Source: Oxalobacter sp.
Lineage (GTDB): Bacteria; Pseudomonadota; Gammaproteobacteria; Burkholderiales; Burkholderiaceae_D
Direction of reading: 5' to 3'
Assembly: GCA_963618105.1 (NCBI GenBank)
Contig: CAVERB010000101.1
Span: 884 to 64,883 of the forward strand
Length of the DNA stretch: 64,000 nucleotides
The position numbers and the translations under genes were made by a program. Shown here one piece after another: positions 26,673 through 36,489 of the stretch (positions are counted from its first letter, which is position 1; each line of letters begins with the position of its first letter). Below the pieces are notes generated by a model. It was not told the DNA's origin and ran no database searches. It saw only the letters and a program-made list of their open reading frames with translations.

Positions 26673-26874
26673 ATCAGCGTTTTTTGACAATTATTAAGTG
26701 TCGGGAAGTTATATCGACAATAATATTCTAGCAGTGAAAACACCCCATATCACCAACGACAGGATAAAGCAGGCAATGGTTTTGTTTTGGAAGAGACCGA
26801 TGTCTTTTCCCGTCCTTTGGTAAAATGGCTGGACAGCGGTATAGATCAGGCATAAAGGAAAACAAGGAACGAAG

Positions 26875-28167
26875 ATGATTCCGAATCTGGTGACGGTCAT
26901 GGATAAGCCAATCCTTGATCTTGAAAAGACATTGATTGAATCGACATCGGTCATTGAACGGTGGTTCCGGATGGCTTGGCAGGACTATACGCCACCGTTT
27001 TACTGTTCTGTTGATCTGCGTAATGCGGGGTTTAAGCTGGCGCCCGTGGATACCAACCTTTTTCCTGGCGGGTTTAACAATCTTGCGCCGGATATGCTTC
27101 CTCTTGCCGTGCAGGCAGCGATGTCTGCAATCGAGAAATACTGTCCTGCCGCAAAGAACCTTCTTCTGATTCCAGAAAATCATACCCGCAACCGCTATTA
27201 TCTGGAATCAGTGACCCGTCTGATGGAAATCCTGCGTCAGACAGGGCTGGATATCCGCTTTGGTTTCTTACCAGGCCAATCTGTCCAGCCTGTCTCAATG
27301 ACGCTGTCAGACGGGACATCCGTTGTTCTGGAACCTGTCAAGCGTATCAATAATGGCCGTCGTGTTGGATTGGAAGGTTTCAATCCCTGCACCATCCTGC
27401 TGAACAATGACTTGAGTGCAGGAACACCGGAAGTTTTGCAGGATGTTTATGAACAGAGCCTTTTGCCGCCATTGCATGCCGGTTGGACTGTTCGCCGTAA
27501 AAGCAATCATTTTGCCGCTTATGATGATGTCGTGCGCCGGTTTTCCCGTACTGTTGGGATAGACCCATGGTTGGTGAATCCTTATTTTGCCCATTGCGGA
27601 AATATCAATTTTGAGGAGAAGGCAGGCGGGGAATGCCTTGCAGAACAGGTACATGCGGTATTGGGCAGGATCCGCCGTAAATACCGGGAATATGGTGTCA
27701 AGAAGAAACCGTTTGTCATCATCAAGGCAGATGCCGGTACTTATGGCATGGGAATCATGACAGTCAGTGATGCGAAGGAGGTTCTCAGCCTGAACCGTCG
27801 GCAACGGAACAAGATGGCGGTCATCAAGGATGGACAGGCTGTCAGGGAAGTACTGGTCCAGGAAGGGGTTCATTCGCTTGAACGCGTCAATGATGCAGTG
27901 GCGGAACCCGTGGTCTATATGATTGACCGTTATGTGGTAGGCGGTTTCTATCGGGTCAATGGCCGCCGTGATATTGACGAGAATCTCAATGCGCCGGGGG
28001 CAGAGTTCGTGCCATTGCCGTTTTCCCAGCAGCATACATTGCCGGATATTTCTGCGGCACCCGGGACATCTGAACCGAACCGCTACTATATGTATGGTGT
28101 CATAGCACGCCTCGCATTGCTGGCTGCGTCTGTTGAGCTTGAAAAGACCGATCCCGATTTGCAGTGA
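26875..28167 (+). CDS. gshA: glutamate--cysteine ligase (short proteobacterial GshA type)
   Basis: 430 aa. FYCSVDLRNAGFKLAPVDTNLFPGGFNNL, a KPFVIIKADAGTYGMGI ATP-grasp-like block, and gshB immediately downstream (12-nt gap). The family call is from memory plus context. Confidence 0.78.
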   Translation: MIPNLVTVMDKPILDLEKTLIESTSVIERWFRMAWQDYTPPFYCSVDLRNAGFKLAPVDTNLFPGGFNNLAPDMLPLAVQAAMSAIEKYCPAAKNLLLIPENHTRNRYYLESVTRLMEILRQTGLDIRFGFLPGQSVQPVSMTLSDGTSVVLEPVKRINNGRRVGLEGFNPCTILLNNDLSAGTPEVLQDVYEQSLLPPLHAGWTVRRKSNHFAAYDDVVRRFSRTVGIDPWLVNPYFAHCGNINFEEKAGGECLAEQVHAVLGRIRRKYREYGVKKKPFVIIKADAGTYGMGIMTVSDAKEVLSLNRRQRNKMAVIKDGQAVREVLVQEGVHSLERVNDAVAEPVVYMIDRYVVGGFYRVNGRRDIDENLNAPGAEFVPLPFSQQHTLPDISAAPGTSEPNRYYMYGVIARLALLAASVELEKTDPDLQ

Positions 28168-28179
28168 GGAAATGTTCTG

Positions 28180-29139
28180 ATGAAACTGGCTTTTTTTGCA
28201 GATCCATTGGCATCATTCAATATCAAGAAAGACTCCACCATGGCAATGATGGTAGAGGCGGCTGCCCGTGGCCATACTGTCTATGCTTTCTGCCATCAGG
28301 ATATGATGCTGGTTGAGGGGAAAGTCTGCGCACGGTGCCAGCAGATTGCCCTGACAGGTGGGTATGGAGTTGATTGGTACCATGTCCTTAATAGGCAGGA
28401 AACAGCTTTATCGGCATTTGATGCGGTCATTATCCGAAAAGACCCGCCATTTGATGTCAATTACCTGACAGCGGTCTGGATGCTGTCCCTTGCGGAAAAA
28501 CAAGGGGCAAAGGTCTTCAATACCGCAGATGGCATTCTTGCCCATAGCGAGAAACTGTCGATTGCCCAATTTCCGCAATTTGTGAGGCCGACGCTTGTTT
28601 CGGCAGATGAAGGCCATCTCCGTCAGTTTCATAGCCAATATCAGGACATCATCCTCAAACCGCTCAGTGGTATGGGGGGGATGGGCATCTTCCATGTCAG
28701 GGCTGACGGTTTGAACCTTGGCACAATCCTGGAAATGCTGACAGCCAATGGACAACGGCATATTATGGCTCAAGCCTATATTCCAGAAATTTCAGAAGGG
28801 GATAAAAGGGTGCTGCTCATCAATGGAAAGGTTGTGCCATTTGCTTTGGCGCGTATTCCAAAATTGGGGGAAACCCGTGGCAACCTGGCTGCTGGTGGCA
28901 CTGGCAGGGCACAGCCGTTGACGGTAAGGGACCGTGAAATCGCCGAGACACTTGCGCCTGAATTGGCATCACGGGGGCTGTTTCTGGTGGGGCTTGATAT
29001 CATTGGAGACTGGTTGACAGAGATCAATGTGACCAGTCCAACCTGTTTCCGTGAAATCACTGATCAGACCGGATTCAATGCGGCAGGGATGTTTATGGAT
29101 GAACTGGAAAAAACGCTTTCTTCCAAGACTGATTATTGA
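28180..29139 (+). CDS. gshB: glutathione synthetase
   Basis: MKLAFFADPLASFNIKKDSTMAMMVEA, IILKPLSGMGGMGIF, GDKRVLLINGK, RGNLAAGG and LVGLDIIGDWLTEINVTSP. Confidence 0.92.
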   Translation: MKLAFFADPLASFNIKKDSTMAMMVEAAARGHTVYAFCHQDMMLVEGKVCARCQQIALTGGYGVDWYHVLNRQETALSAFDAVIIRKDPPFDVNYLTAVWMLSLAEKQGAKVFNTADGILAHSEKLSIAQFPQFVRPTLVSADEGHLRQFHSQYQDIILKPLSGMGGMGIFHVRADGLNLGTILEMLTANGQRHIMAQAYIPEISEGDKRVLLINGKVVPFALARIPKLGETRGNLAAGGTGRAQPLTVRDREIAETLAPELASRGLFLVGLDIIGDWLTEINVTSPTCFREITDQTGFNAAGMFMDELEKTLSSKTDY

Positions 29140-29202
29140 TTAGAATCGGAGAAGGTTGCTGGTTCAGGCTTTTTGGGGGGATTCCCGGGTGGATTGGAAA
29201 TT

Positions 29203-29604
29203 ATGGTCGGTATATTGCTTTTGATGCATGAACCGTTGGCGGGAGCGTTCAAGATGGCGGTCAGGCATCTTTTTGGTGACAGCCTGGAACGTTTTGAGGC
29301 AATTGATGTCAGGGCGGACCAGGATCTGGCGGATGTTGACCATCTTGCCCGAAAAACCATCCAGCGTCTGGATAGCGGCGCGGGGGTACTGGTGTTCACG
29401 GATATGTTGGGAGGAACGCCTGCCAACTGTTGTCGGCATCTGAAAGTTGAGGCCTCCACTGTTCAGGTGTTGACGGGAACCAGCCTGCCGATGTTGCTGC
29501 GGGCATTAACTTATCGGACGGAAGGTCTTGAGGAAGTGATAGCCAAGGCTTTGTCTGGCGGGAAAAACGGCGCTATTCGTATTGATCCATCTGAAGAAAA
29601 CTGA
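29203..29604 (+). CDS. PTS EIIA component, mannose/fructose family (regulatory, no cognate permease nearby)
   Basis: MVGILLLMHEPLAGAFKMAVRHLFG...GVLVFTDMLGGTPAN is the EIIA-Man fold signature. The start is set at ATG 29203. Confidence 0.8.
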   Translation: MVGILLLMHEPLAGAFKMAVRHLFGDSLERFEAIDVRADQDLADVDHLARKTIQRLDSGAGVLVFTDMLGGTPANCCRHLKVEASTVQVLTGTSLPMLLRALTYRTEGLEEVIAKALSGGKNGAIRIDPSEEN

Positions 29605-29653
29605 GGTTTCATTAACTGTTGGATCGGTCAACGGTTTGTCTATGTAGAGGATT

Positions 29654-29923
29654 ATGATAAAGACAGAACTCAAGATCATCAACAAGCTAGGTGTTCATGC
29701 CAGGGCTTCTGCGAAATTGACTCAGCTTGCTTCCAAATTCAAAAGTGAAGTCTGGATGAGTTACAACAATCAGCGAGTCAATGCCAAGTCCATCATGGGA
29801 GTTATGATGCTGGCGGCAGGGAAAGGGGCTGTTGTCCTGCTTGAGGCGGAAGGCGTTGATGAAGCCGAATGCATCCAGGCTCTTGAAACGCTGGTTAATG
29901 AAAGATTCGGAGAGCCGGAATAG
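29654..29923 (+). CDS. ptsH: phosphocarrier protein HPr
   Basis: 89 aa with IINKLGVHARASAKL (active-site His) and VNAKSIMGVMMLAAGKG (regulatory Ser region). Confidence 0.9.
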   Translation: MIKTELKIINKLGVHARASAKLTQLASKFKSEVWMSYNNQRVNAKSIMGVMMLAAGKGAVVLLEAEGVDEAECIQALETLVNERFGEPE

Positions 29924-29943
29924 GTTTCAAGGATGTTCAAAAG

Positions 29944-31713
29944 ATGAATCATGCTTCGTTTTCCCTGTTTGGCATTGTTGTTTCCCAGGGGATTGCCATT
30001 GGCCGTGCCCATGTCATCACCAATACGGCGATGGAGACACTGCATTATCTGGTGCCAGAAGAGAGGATTGAAGCCGAGATTGGACGCCTTGAAACGGCAT
30101 TGACGGCAGTCAGGGAAGAGCTTGCTGTTCTTAGGGCGGCATTGCCGGAAGATGCGCCTGCTGAACTCGGTGCATTGATGGAAGTGCATGCGATGATCCT
30201 GACGGATGAGATGTTTTCGAAGGGGCCGTTCAATATCATCCGTACCCGCCGCTATAACGCTGAATGGGCGTTGATGACACAGATTGAAGAGCTGTCAGCC
30301 AAGTTTGACAATATCACCGATCCTTACTTGCGGGAACGGAAAGCCGATCTTGAACAGGTCGCCGAGCGTATTATCAAGGCGCTGACAGGTGTCAAGGTGG
30401 AAAAACCTGTATCTACTGGAAACAGTGAACAGGTGGAATTGATTGTTGTCGATTATGATATTTCCCCAGCGGATATGCTTCAGTTCAGGGAGAGTTTCTT
30501 CAAGGGGTTTGTCTCAGGAATCGGTGGACAAAATTCTCATGCCGCCATCATTGCACGGGGAACTGATGTTCCTGCTGTGTTCGGACTTTCCAGTTCCCTG
30601 CCGTTGATCCGCCAGAATGACTGGTTGGTTGTCGATGCGGATGCCGGTGTTGTCATTGTCAATCCATCGCCGCTGGTCTTGGCGCAGTACCGCGCAAAAT
30701 TATCTGCACAGCAGAAAGCCAAGCGTAGGCTGAATCGATTGAGGAAGATGCCTGCCGCAACGCTGGATGGTACTACCATCGAATTGCTTGCTAATATCGA
30801 GTTTCCGGAGGATTGCCGTACAGTTGTTGATAATAATGCGGATGGTGTCGGGCTTTTCCGTTCAGAGTTCCTGTTCATGGGAAGAAGTGGCGGCGTCAGC
30901 TATTTTCCCGATGAGGAAGAGCAGTTTGAGGCTTACCGGAAAGCCGTTGTTCTGCTGAAAGGGCGTCCTGTCACAATCCGTACCCTCGATATTGGCGCTG
31001 ACAAGGTGCTTTCTTCATCGGAGAAGACAAAAGTGCTGAATCCGGCATTGGGCAAGCGGGCCATCCGTTATTGCTTGGCGGAGCCGGAAATTTTCCTGAC
31101 ACAGTTACGGGCGATTCTGCGGGCATCGGCTTTTGGTCCTGTCAAGCTCCTGTTGCCGATGGTGACACATGGATCAGAAATCGACCAGGCATTGGGCTTC
31201 ATTGAGGAAGCCAAGGTTCAGTTGCGCTCCCAAGGGCAGCGGTTTGATGACACTATCAAGGTTGGTGCGATGATTGAAGTGCCTGCGGCGGTCATCGCGT
31301 TGTCAATGTTTACATCCCGTTTGGATTTCCTGTCCATTGGCACCAATGACCTGATCCAGTATGCATTGGCGATAGACCGTGTTGATCCCGATGTCGCCCA
31401 TCTTTACAATCCTCTGCATCCAGCGGTACTGGCTATGCTTAAGATGACTGTCGAAAATGCAGGGAAAGCAGGTATTCCTGTCTCTATCTGTGGTGAAATG
31501 GCAAGCGACTATCAGTTGACCCGACTGTTGCTGGGACTTGGGATCAGGCAGTTTTCCATGCATCCTGGCCAGTTGCTCAAGGTCAAGCAGGAAATCCTGC
31601 TAAGCGATCTGTCCATTCTGGTACCCAAAGTGGACTGTATTCTTGCGTTGGGTGAAGAGAACGAAATTGCCTTGGCGGTGCAGGACCTGCGTCAGGAAGA
31701 AATGTCCATTTGA
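29944..31713 (+). CDS. ptsI: phosphoenolpyruvate-protein phosphotransferase (Enzyme I)
   Basis: GGQNSHAAIIARG (phospho-His), VGLFRSEFLFMGR, IRTLDIGADK and FLSIGTNDLIQYALAIDR. Confidence 0.92.
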   Translation: MNHASFSLFGIVVSQGIAIGRAHVITNTAMETLHYLVPEERIEAEIGRLETALTAVREELAVLRAALPEDAPAELGALMEVHAMILTDEMFSKGPFNIIRTRRYNAEWALMTQIEELSAKFDNITDPYLRERKADLEQVAERIIKALTGVKVEKPVSTGNSEQVELIVVDYDISPADMLQFRESFFKGFVSGIGGQNSHAAIIARGTDVPAVFGLSSSLPLIRQNDWLVVDADAGVVIVNPSPLVLAQYRAKLSAQQKAKRRLNRLRKMPAATLDGTTIELLANIEFPEDCRTVVDNNADGVGLFRSEFLFMGRSGGVSYFPDEEEQFEAYRKAVVLLKGRPVTIRTLDIGADKVLSSSEKTKVLNPALGKRAIRYCLAEPEIFLTQLRAILRASAFGPVKLLLPMVTHGSEIDQALGFIEEAKVQLRSQGQRFDDTIKVGAMIEVPAAVIALSMFTSRLDFLSIGTNDLIQYALAIDRVDPDVAHLYNPLHPAVLAMLKMTVENAGKAGIPVSICGEMASDYQLTRLLLGLGIRQFSMHPGQLLKVKQEILLSDLSILVPKVDCILALGEENEIALAVQDLRQEEMSI

Positions 31714-31874
31714 CAGAACTCTCTGGACTGCCGTTCTTGCAGGGATTGTCAGGGAACGGTTTGACGGTTGGGCTGTATTTCGTTATCCTTGCAAGACAGC
31801 GCTGATTTGTGGGAATGGCTTGCGGGCGCGGAAGGCAGAGCACTTCAACAAATACGGCTAAGCGGCTCACAGAC

Positions 31875-31911
31875 AGTCCCTGCCAATGAAGAAGTGGCAC
31901 GGGCTTTTTTT
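31875..31911 (+). terminator. rho-independent terminator / attenuator in the metX leader
   Basis: CCCTGCCA (31878-31885), a 9-nt loop, then TGGCACGGG (31895-31903) with one bulged C, followed by T7 (31905-31911). It lies about 165 nt after the ptsI stop and 49 nt before the metX ATG. Confidence 0.55.
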
Positions 31912-31959
31912 ATTATGAATGGGATTCCTGCGGGTGGAATCAGCCGGAACAGAAAATTC

Positions 31960-33093
31960 ATGCCATCATCAAGATACGTTTCACCGAAATCTATGTATTT
32001 CAGCGAACCGCTTGTCCTTGAAAGTGGGGCAAACATTGCAGGTTATACGCTGGTATATGAGACATATGGCACATTGAACGCCGACTGTACCAATGCCGTA
32101 TTGGTCTGCCATGCCCTGAACGCTTCCCATCATGTTTCAGGGGTTTATGAAGATACTGGCGAAGTCGGCTGGTGGGACAATATGGTCGGTCCGGGGAAAG
32201 CCTTGGATACAGACCGTTTTTTTGTCATCGGTGTCAATAATCTCGGACATTGCTATGGCTCGACAGGTCCGATGCATATCAATCCTGCGACAGGGAAACA
32301 TTATGGTGCAGATTTCCCTGTCATGACGGTGCAGGACTGGGTGGATGCCCAGGCACGCCTGGCAGATGGTTTGGGTATCCAGCGGTTTGCCGCTGTCATG
32401 GGCGGTTCATTGGGAGGAATGCAGGCGATGACCTGGACCCTTCGTTATCCAGACCGTGTTGCCAATGCCATCATCATTGCATCGACATCCCATCTGTCTG
32501 CACAAAACATCGCATTCAATGAGGTTGCTCGGACAGCAATCCTCTCAGATCCGGATTTTCACGGCGGGGATTTCTATTCATATGGGGTTGTTCCCAAGAA
32601 CGGGCTGCGTGTTGCCCGTATGGTCGGTCATATCACCTACCTGTCCAACGATGACATGTCTGAAAAGTTTGGACGTGAGCTGCGATCAGGAGAGTATAAA
32701 TTCAGCTATGGTGTTGAGTTCGAGATTGAATCTTACTTACAGTACCAGGGCAACAAGTTTTCCTCGTTTTTCGATGCCAATACCTATCTGCTGATTACCC
32801 GTGCGTTGGATTATTTCGATCCTGCCGCCAAATATGATGGGGACCTCTGCAAGGCTTTGGAGAATACCAGTGCGAAGTATCTGATTGTTTCTTTTACAAC
32901 AGACTGGCGTTTTTCGCCGGAATGCAGCCGCATTATTGTCGATGCCCTGATCCGGAATGGCAGGCAGGTGACCTATGCGGAAATTGATGCACCGCATGGG
33001 CATGATGCGTTTCTTCTCAATGATGCCCGGTATCATGAGACAGTCCGTGCCTATTATGACCGCATCTGGCAGGAACTGACAGGGATGAACTGA
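31960..33093 (+). CDS. metX: homoserine O-acyltransferase (MetX family; acetyl or succinyl donor not decidable)
   Basis: [46 protein letters not shown] (nucleophile elbow) and HGHDAFL. The start is set at ATG 31960; the long ORF from 31768 crosses the terminator. ATG 31915 is an alternative. Confidence 0.9.
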   Translation: MPSSRYVSPKSMYFSEPLVLESGANIAGYTLVYETYGTLNADCTNAVLVCHALNASHHVSGVYEDTGEVGWWDNMVGPGKALDTDRFFVIGVNNLGHCYGSTGPMHINPATGKHYGADFPVMTVQDWVDAQARLADGLGIQRFAAVMGGSLGGMQAMTWTLRYPDRVANAIIIASTSHLSAQNIAFNEVARTAILSDPDFHGGDFYSYGVVPKNGLRVARMVGHITYLSNDDMSEKFGRELRSGEYKFSYGVEFEIESYLQYQGNKFSSFFDANTYLLITRALDYFDPAAKYDGDLCKALENTSAKYLIVSFTTDWRFSPECSRIIVDALIRNGRQVTYAEIDAPHGHDAFLLNDARYHETVRAYYDRIWQELTGMN

Positions 33094-33094
33094 T

Positions 33095-33718
33095 ATGAAT
33101 GCACCATCTCTCAAGAAATTCCGTACCGACCTTGAATTTATTGCAGGCTGGGTCAAAGACAAGGCCTATGTGCTTGATCTCGGTTGTGGTTCAGGGGCAT
33201 GGATGGAATACCTGCAAGTTACAAAAGGTTGTACGGGTTACGGTGTTGAAATTGATGACCTGAAGATTCCGCCGTGTATCCGCCGTGGTGTCAATGTCAT
33301 CCAGCATGATCTTGAGCAGGGACTGCCATATTTCCAGAACGATACGTTCGACACGGTTTTCTGCCTGCTGGCTTTACAGATGCTGAAAAATGTCGAGCCT
33401 TTGATGAAAGAAATCGCCCGTGTCGGTAAAGAGGCTGTCGTCAGTTTCCCGAATTTCGCCTATTGGCGCAATCTTGAGACGCTTACCCAGGACTGCCGTA
33501 TGCCAATTTCGGAAGAGCTGCCTTATGAATGGTACAATTCGCCGAACCTGCGGTTTGCCACTATGCACGATTTCGAAGAACTGACCGACCGAGTCGGTTT
33601 TGAGATCCTGGACCGTGTTGTGCTGCATGAGGGCGAGGTTGTCACTGAGGATCCTTACCGCAACGGTAGTCTTGCTGTTTACAGGTTGCAGAAAAAAACT
33701 GCAACCCCAATCGGATAA
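33095..33718 (+). CDS. metW: methionine biosynthesis protein MetW
   Basis: VLDLGCGSGAWMEYL plus the position 1 nt after the metX stop. Length is 207 aa. Confidence 0.9.
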   Translation: MNAPSLKKFRTDLEFIAGWVKDKAYVLDLGCGSGAWMEYLQVTKGCTGYGVEIDDLKIPPCIRRGVNVIQHDLEQGLPYFQNDTFDTVFCLLALQMLKNVEPLMKEIARVGKEAVVSFPNFAYWRNLETLTQDCRMPISEELPYEWYNSPNLRFATMHDFEELTDRVGFEILDRVVLHEGEVVTEDPYRNGSLAVYRLQKKTATPIG

Positions 33719-34950
33719 TGGCGGAAACCAGCAAATGGAAGGCATTGCTTGATCCACGCCTGTTGGCGTGTGTCTTTTTGGGGTTTTCATCAGGGCTGCC
33801 GCTTTTCATCCTGTTGACCTTGGTCCAGGCATGGCTGACCGATTCTGGCCTCAATGTGAAAGCATTGGGGCTTTTTGCCCTTGTCATGTTTCCATATACT
33901 TGGAAATTCCTCTGGGCACCCTTGATGGACCGTTATTCCATTCCCCGTCTGGGCAGGCGCCGTGGCTGGATGGCTGTGACACAGGCGGCACTTTTCGTCA
34001 CAGTAGGTTTGCTTGGCATGTTGAATCCCAGGGAACAGATGGTCTGGATTGGTGTCCTGGCGGCTGTCATTGCTTTCCTTTCCGCTAGTCAGGATATTGT
34101 TATTGATGCTTACCGTCGGGAGTCGTTGCCTGATGAAGAACAGGGATTGGGCAGTGCCATCCATGTCAATGCTTACCGGGTGGCAGGCATGGTCCCTGGC
34201 GCACTCTCGCTGATTCTTGCGGACATGATGAGCTGGCAGATGGTTTTCTGGATTACTGCGGCATTCATGCTGCCAGGACTTGCCTGTACCCTTTTCGTCA
34301 AAGAACCGGAAGTACAGGGAACCACCCCACGTACCATCCGGGATGCGGTTGTATTGCCGTTCACCGAATTCATCAAACGAGATGGCTGGAAGAAAGCTCT
34401 TTTCATCCTGCTATTCATTTTCCTTTATAAACTTGGCGACAGTCTGGCAACGGCATTGTCCATCAAGTTCTATCTTGATGTCGGTTTCACGATGACCCAA
34501 ATCGGGGTTATCGCCAAGACAACCGGTTTCTGGGCGAGTATCGCCGGGGCATTGCTTGGCGGTGTCTGGATCATTGGATTAGGCATCAACCGGGGGCTGT
34601 GGATATTCGGGGCATTGCAGGCAGTTGCAATCCTGGGCTTTTCATGGCTTGCCCAAAGTACGGCGGATCCCGTTCTCCTGGCGTTTGTCATCGGGGCTGA
34701 AGCTTTTGGGACAGGGCTTGGGACAGCCGCGTTTGTCGCCTATATTGCGAAAACGACCGATCCGCGCTATACCGCCACCCAGTTTGCGCTTTTCACCAGC
34801 CTGGCAGCGGTTCCCCGTACCTTCATCAATGCGTCTGCCGGATATATCATCGATGTCACTGGCTGGTTCATGTTCTTCAACTTCTGCTTCCTGCTTGCCA
34901 TCCCCGGGATGTTGCTTTTGCCGAAGATTGCCCCTTGGAGAGAGCAATAA
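33718..34950 (+). CDS. ampG: AmpG-family muropeptide/MFS permease
   Basis: LLACVFLGFSSGLPLFILLTLVQAWLTDSGL...FPYTWKFLWAPLMDRY...GRRRGWM is the AmpG N-terminal signature. About 12 TM segments. The start overlaps the metW stop (TAATG). Confidence 0.85.
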   Translation: MAETSKWKALLDPRLLACVFLGFSSGLPLFILLTLVQAWLTDSGLNVKALGLFALVMFPYTWKFLWAPLMDRYSIPRLGRRRGWMAVTQAALFVTVGLLGMLNPREQMVWIGVLAAVIAFLSASQDIVIDAYRRESLPDEEQGLGSAIHVNAYRVAGMVPGALSLILADMMSWQMVFWITAAFMLPGLACTLFVKEPEVQGTTPRTIRDAVVLPFTEFIKRDGWKKALFILLFIFLYKLGDSLATALSIKFYLDVGFTMTQIGVIAKTTGFWASIAGALLGGVWIIGLGINRGLWIFGALQAVAILGFSWLAQSTADPVLLAFVIGAEAFGTGLGTAAFVAYIAKTTDPRYTATQFALFTSLAAVPRTFINASAGYIIDVTGWFMFFNFCFLLAIPGMLLLPKIAPWREQ

Positions 34951-35017
34951 AGATACTGACCTGAATGGCAACAGGCTAAAATACAGCTATTACTGATTAC
35001 CGACTTTCGAGGTCAAC

Positions 35018-35686
35018 ATGAGTGCTTTAAGCGAGGAATTCATCCGTTTTTCCCTTGATTGTGGCGTGTTGCGTTTTGGGGAGTTCGTTACCAAGGCAGG
35101 ACGCAAGTCGCCTTATTTTTTCAATGCCGGGCTGTTCAATGACGGGCATTCATTGATGGTACTGGCGGATTACTATGCAGAGACTTTGCTGCGATCAGGG
35201 CTGGACTTTGACATGCTGTTTGGTCCTGCCTATAAAGGCATTCCCCTGGCGGCTTCTGTTGCGGTTGCCTTGGCGAAAAAAGGTCACAATGTGCCTTTTG
35301 CCTACAATCGCAAGGAAGCCAAAGATCATGGCGAAGGCGGGATTATGGTTGGCGCACCGCTTAAAGGCAGAATCGTCATCATTGATGACGTGATTACTGC
35401 CGGTACTTCCGTCAACGAGTCTGTCGGCATCATCACCAGTGCCGGGGCAACGCCGAGTATCGTACTTATTGCCTTGGATCGTATGGAACGGGCGGGCAAG
35501 GATGATGCGCTTTCAGAGCATTCCGCTGTCCAGGAAGTCCAGCAAAAGCATGGCATGCCGGTTTTATCAATTGCCAATCTGAATGATCTGATGACGTTCC
35601 TCAGTCATCATGCCGGCAATGACAGTGAATTGTTCAAGTACCAGCAGGCAGTCAAGGCTTACCGCGATAAATACGGGGCAAAATAA
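35018..35686 (+). CDS. pyrE: orotate phosphoribosyltransferase
   Basis: FGEFVTKAGRKSPYFFNAG, LFGPAYKGIPLA and VIIDDVITAGTS (PRPP motif). Confidence 0.93.
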   Translation: MSALSEEFIRFSLDCGVLRFGEFVTKAGRKSPYFFNAGLFNDGHSLMVLADYYAETLLRSGLDFDMLFGPAYKGIPLAASVAVALAKKGHNVPFAYNRKEAKDHGEGGIMVGAPLKGRIVIIDDVITAGTSVNESVGIITSAGATPSIVLIALDRMERAGKDDALSEHSAVQEVQQKHGMPVLSIANLNDLMTFLSHHAGNDSELFKYQQAVKAYRDKYGAK

Positions 35687-35715
35687 TCCATTCCCTGAAA
35701 CAGAAAGAAGTTGCG

Positions 35716-36489
35716 ATGAAGAAAAACTGGCTTGGCAAGGGACTTGCTGTTGCATTGTTGATGTTTGCCGGGGTATTACCGATTACCGTACAGGCAGACT
35801 CGCCTGATAATCTTGACATTGTTTGGGCAAGAACGGTAAGTGAGAAAACGCCGATATACAGTCAGAAAAGCACTCGTTCAAAGATCGTCAAACGCTATTC
35901 ACATAAATATGTGGTTCATATTGCAGGTGTAAAAACTGGAGAAGATGGTCAGTCCTGGTATGAGGTTGTCTGGCCGTTCAAGGGCTGGTTGCAGGCTTCT
36001 GACACATGGTTTGCCCCCCAATTAGGAGGATATTATCCCGAAAAACTGCCAGATCCAGAACGCCTGAGCTTGCGAATAGAGACAGACATCGGCAATTATC
36101 CTGCTGCCACCATCAAAGTGCTTGGCAAGCCAATGAGCCAGGAATACCGAGTGGATAAAAGCATTGGTAATGTCGTTGTCCAAAAACTTTGGTGGCAGGG
36201 GATAGTGATTGAATACCATAATTCCTACCGGCAGGCAGAGCTGGCATGGATTGATGGCATCACTTTCAGTCAGGGAGCAAAGGTAGGTTTTGGACCGATT
36301 CATGTTGGCGATCCTGTCGAGAAACTGGGCATTTTCGGCATTGAAAAGCCAGAGCCATCCAGTGGTGAAGTAACCATGGGTACGAAGATATACCGCTACC
36401 GGTTTACTTACAAGCATGGGAAAATTGACACGATGAGTTACCGTTACGGTGTGGGCGGGGATTTTTTTGCCAGCACAGTAATATGGTGA
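35716..36489 (+). CDS. secreted hypothetical protein with an SH3b-like N-terminal domain
   Basis: Signal peptide (LAVALLMFAGVLPITVQA/DS). The segment ARTVSEKTPIYSQKSTRSKIVKRYSHKYVVHIAGVKTGEDGQSWYEVVWPFKGWL looks like bacterial SH3. The domain call is an inference. Confidence 0.55.
   Translation: MKKNWLGKGLAVALLMFAGVLPITVQADSPDNLDIVWARTVSEKTPIYSQKSTRSKIVKRYSHKYVVHIAGVKTGEDGQSWYEVVWPFKGWLQASDTWFAPQLGGYYPEKLPDPERLSLRIETDIGNYPAATIKVLGKPMSQEYRVDKSIGNVVVQKLWWQGIVIEYHNSYRQAELAWIDGITFSQGAKVGFGPIHVGDPVEKLGIFGIEKPEPSSGEVTMGTKIYRYRFTYKHGKIDTMSYRYGVGGDFFASTVIW

Noticed and set aside
31768-31959. The N-terminal 64-codon extension of metX implied by the long ORF starting at 31768.
   Set aside because: The extension has no MetX homology, starts at a non-ATG codon and reads through a stem-loop plus T7 terminator. 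MetX-like sequence begins near ATG 31960.
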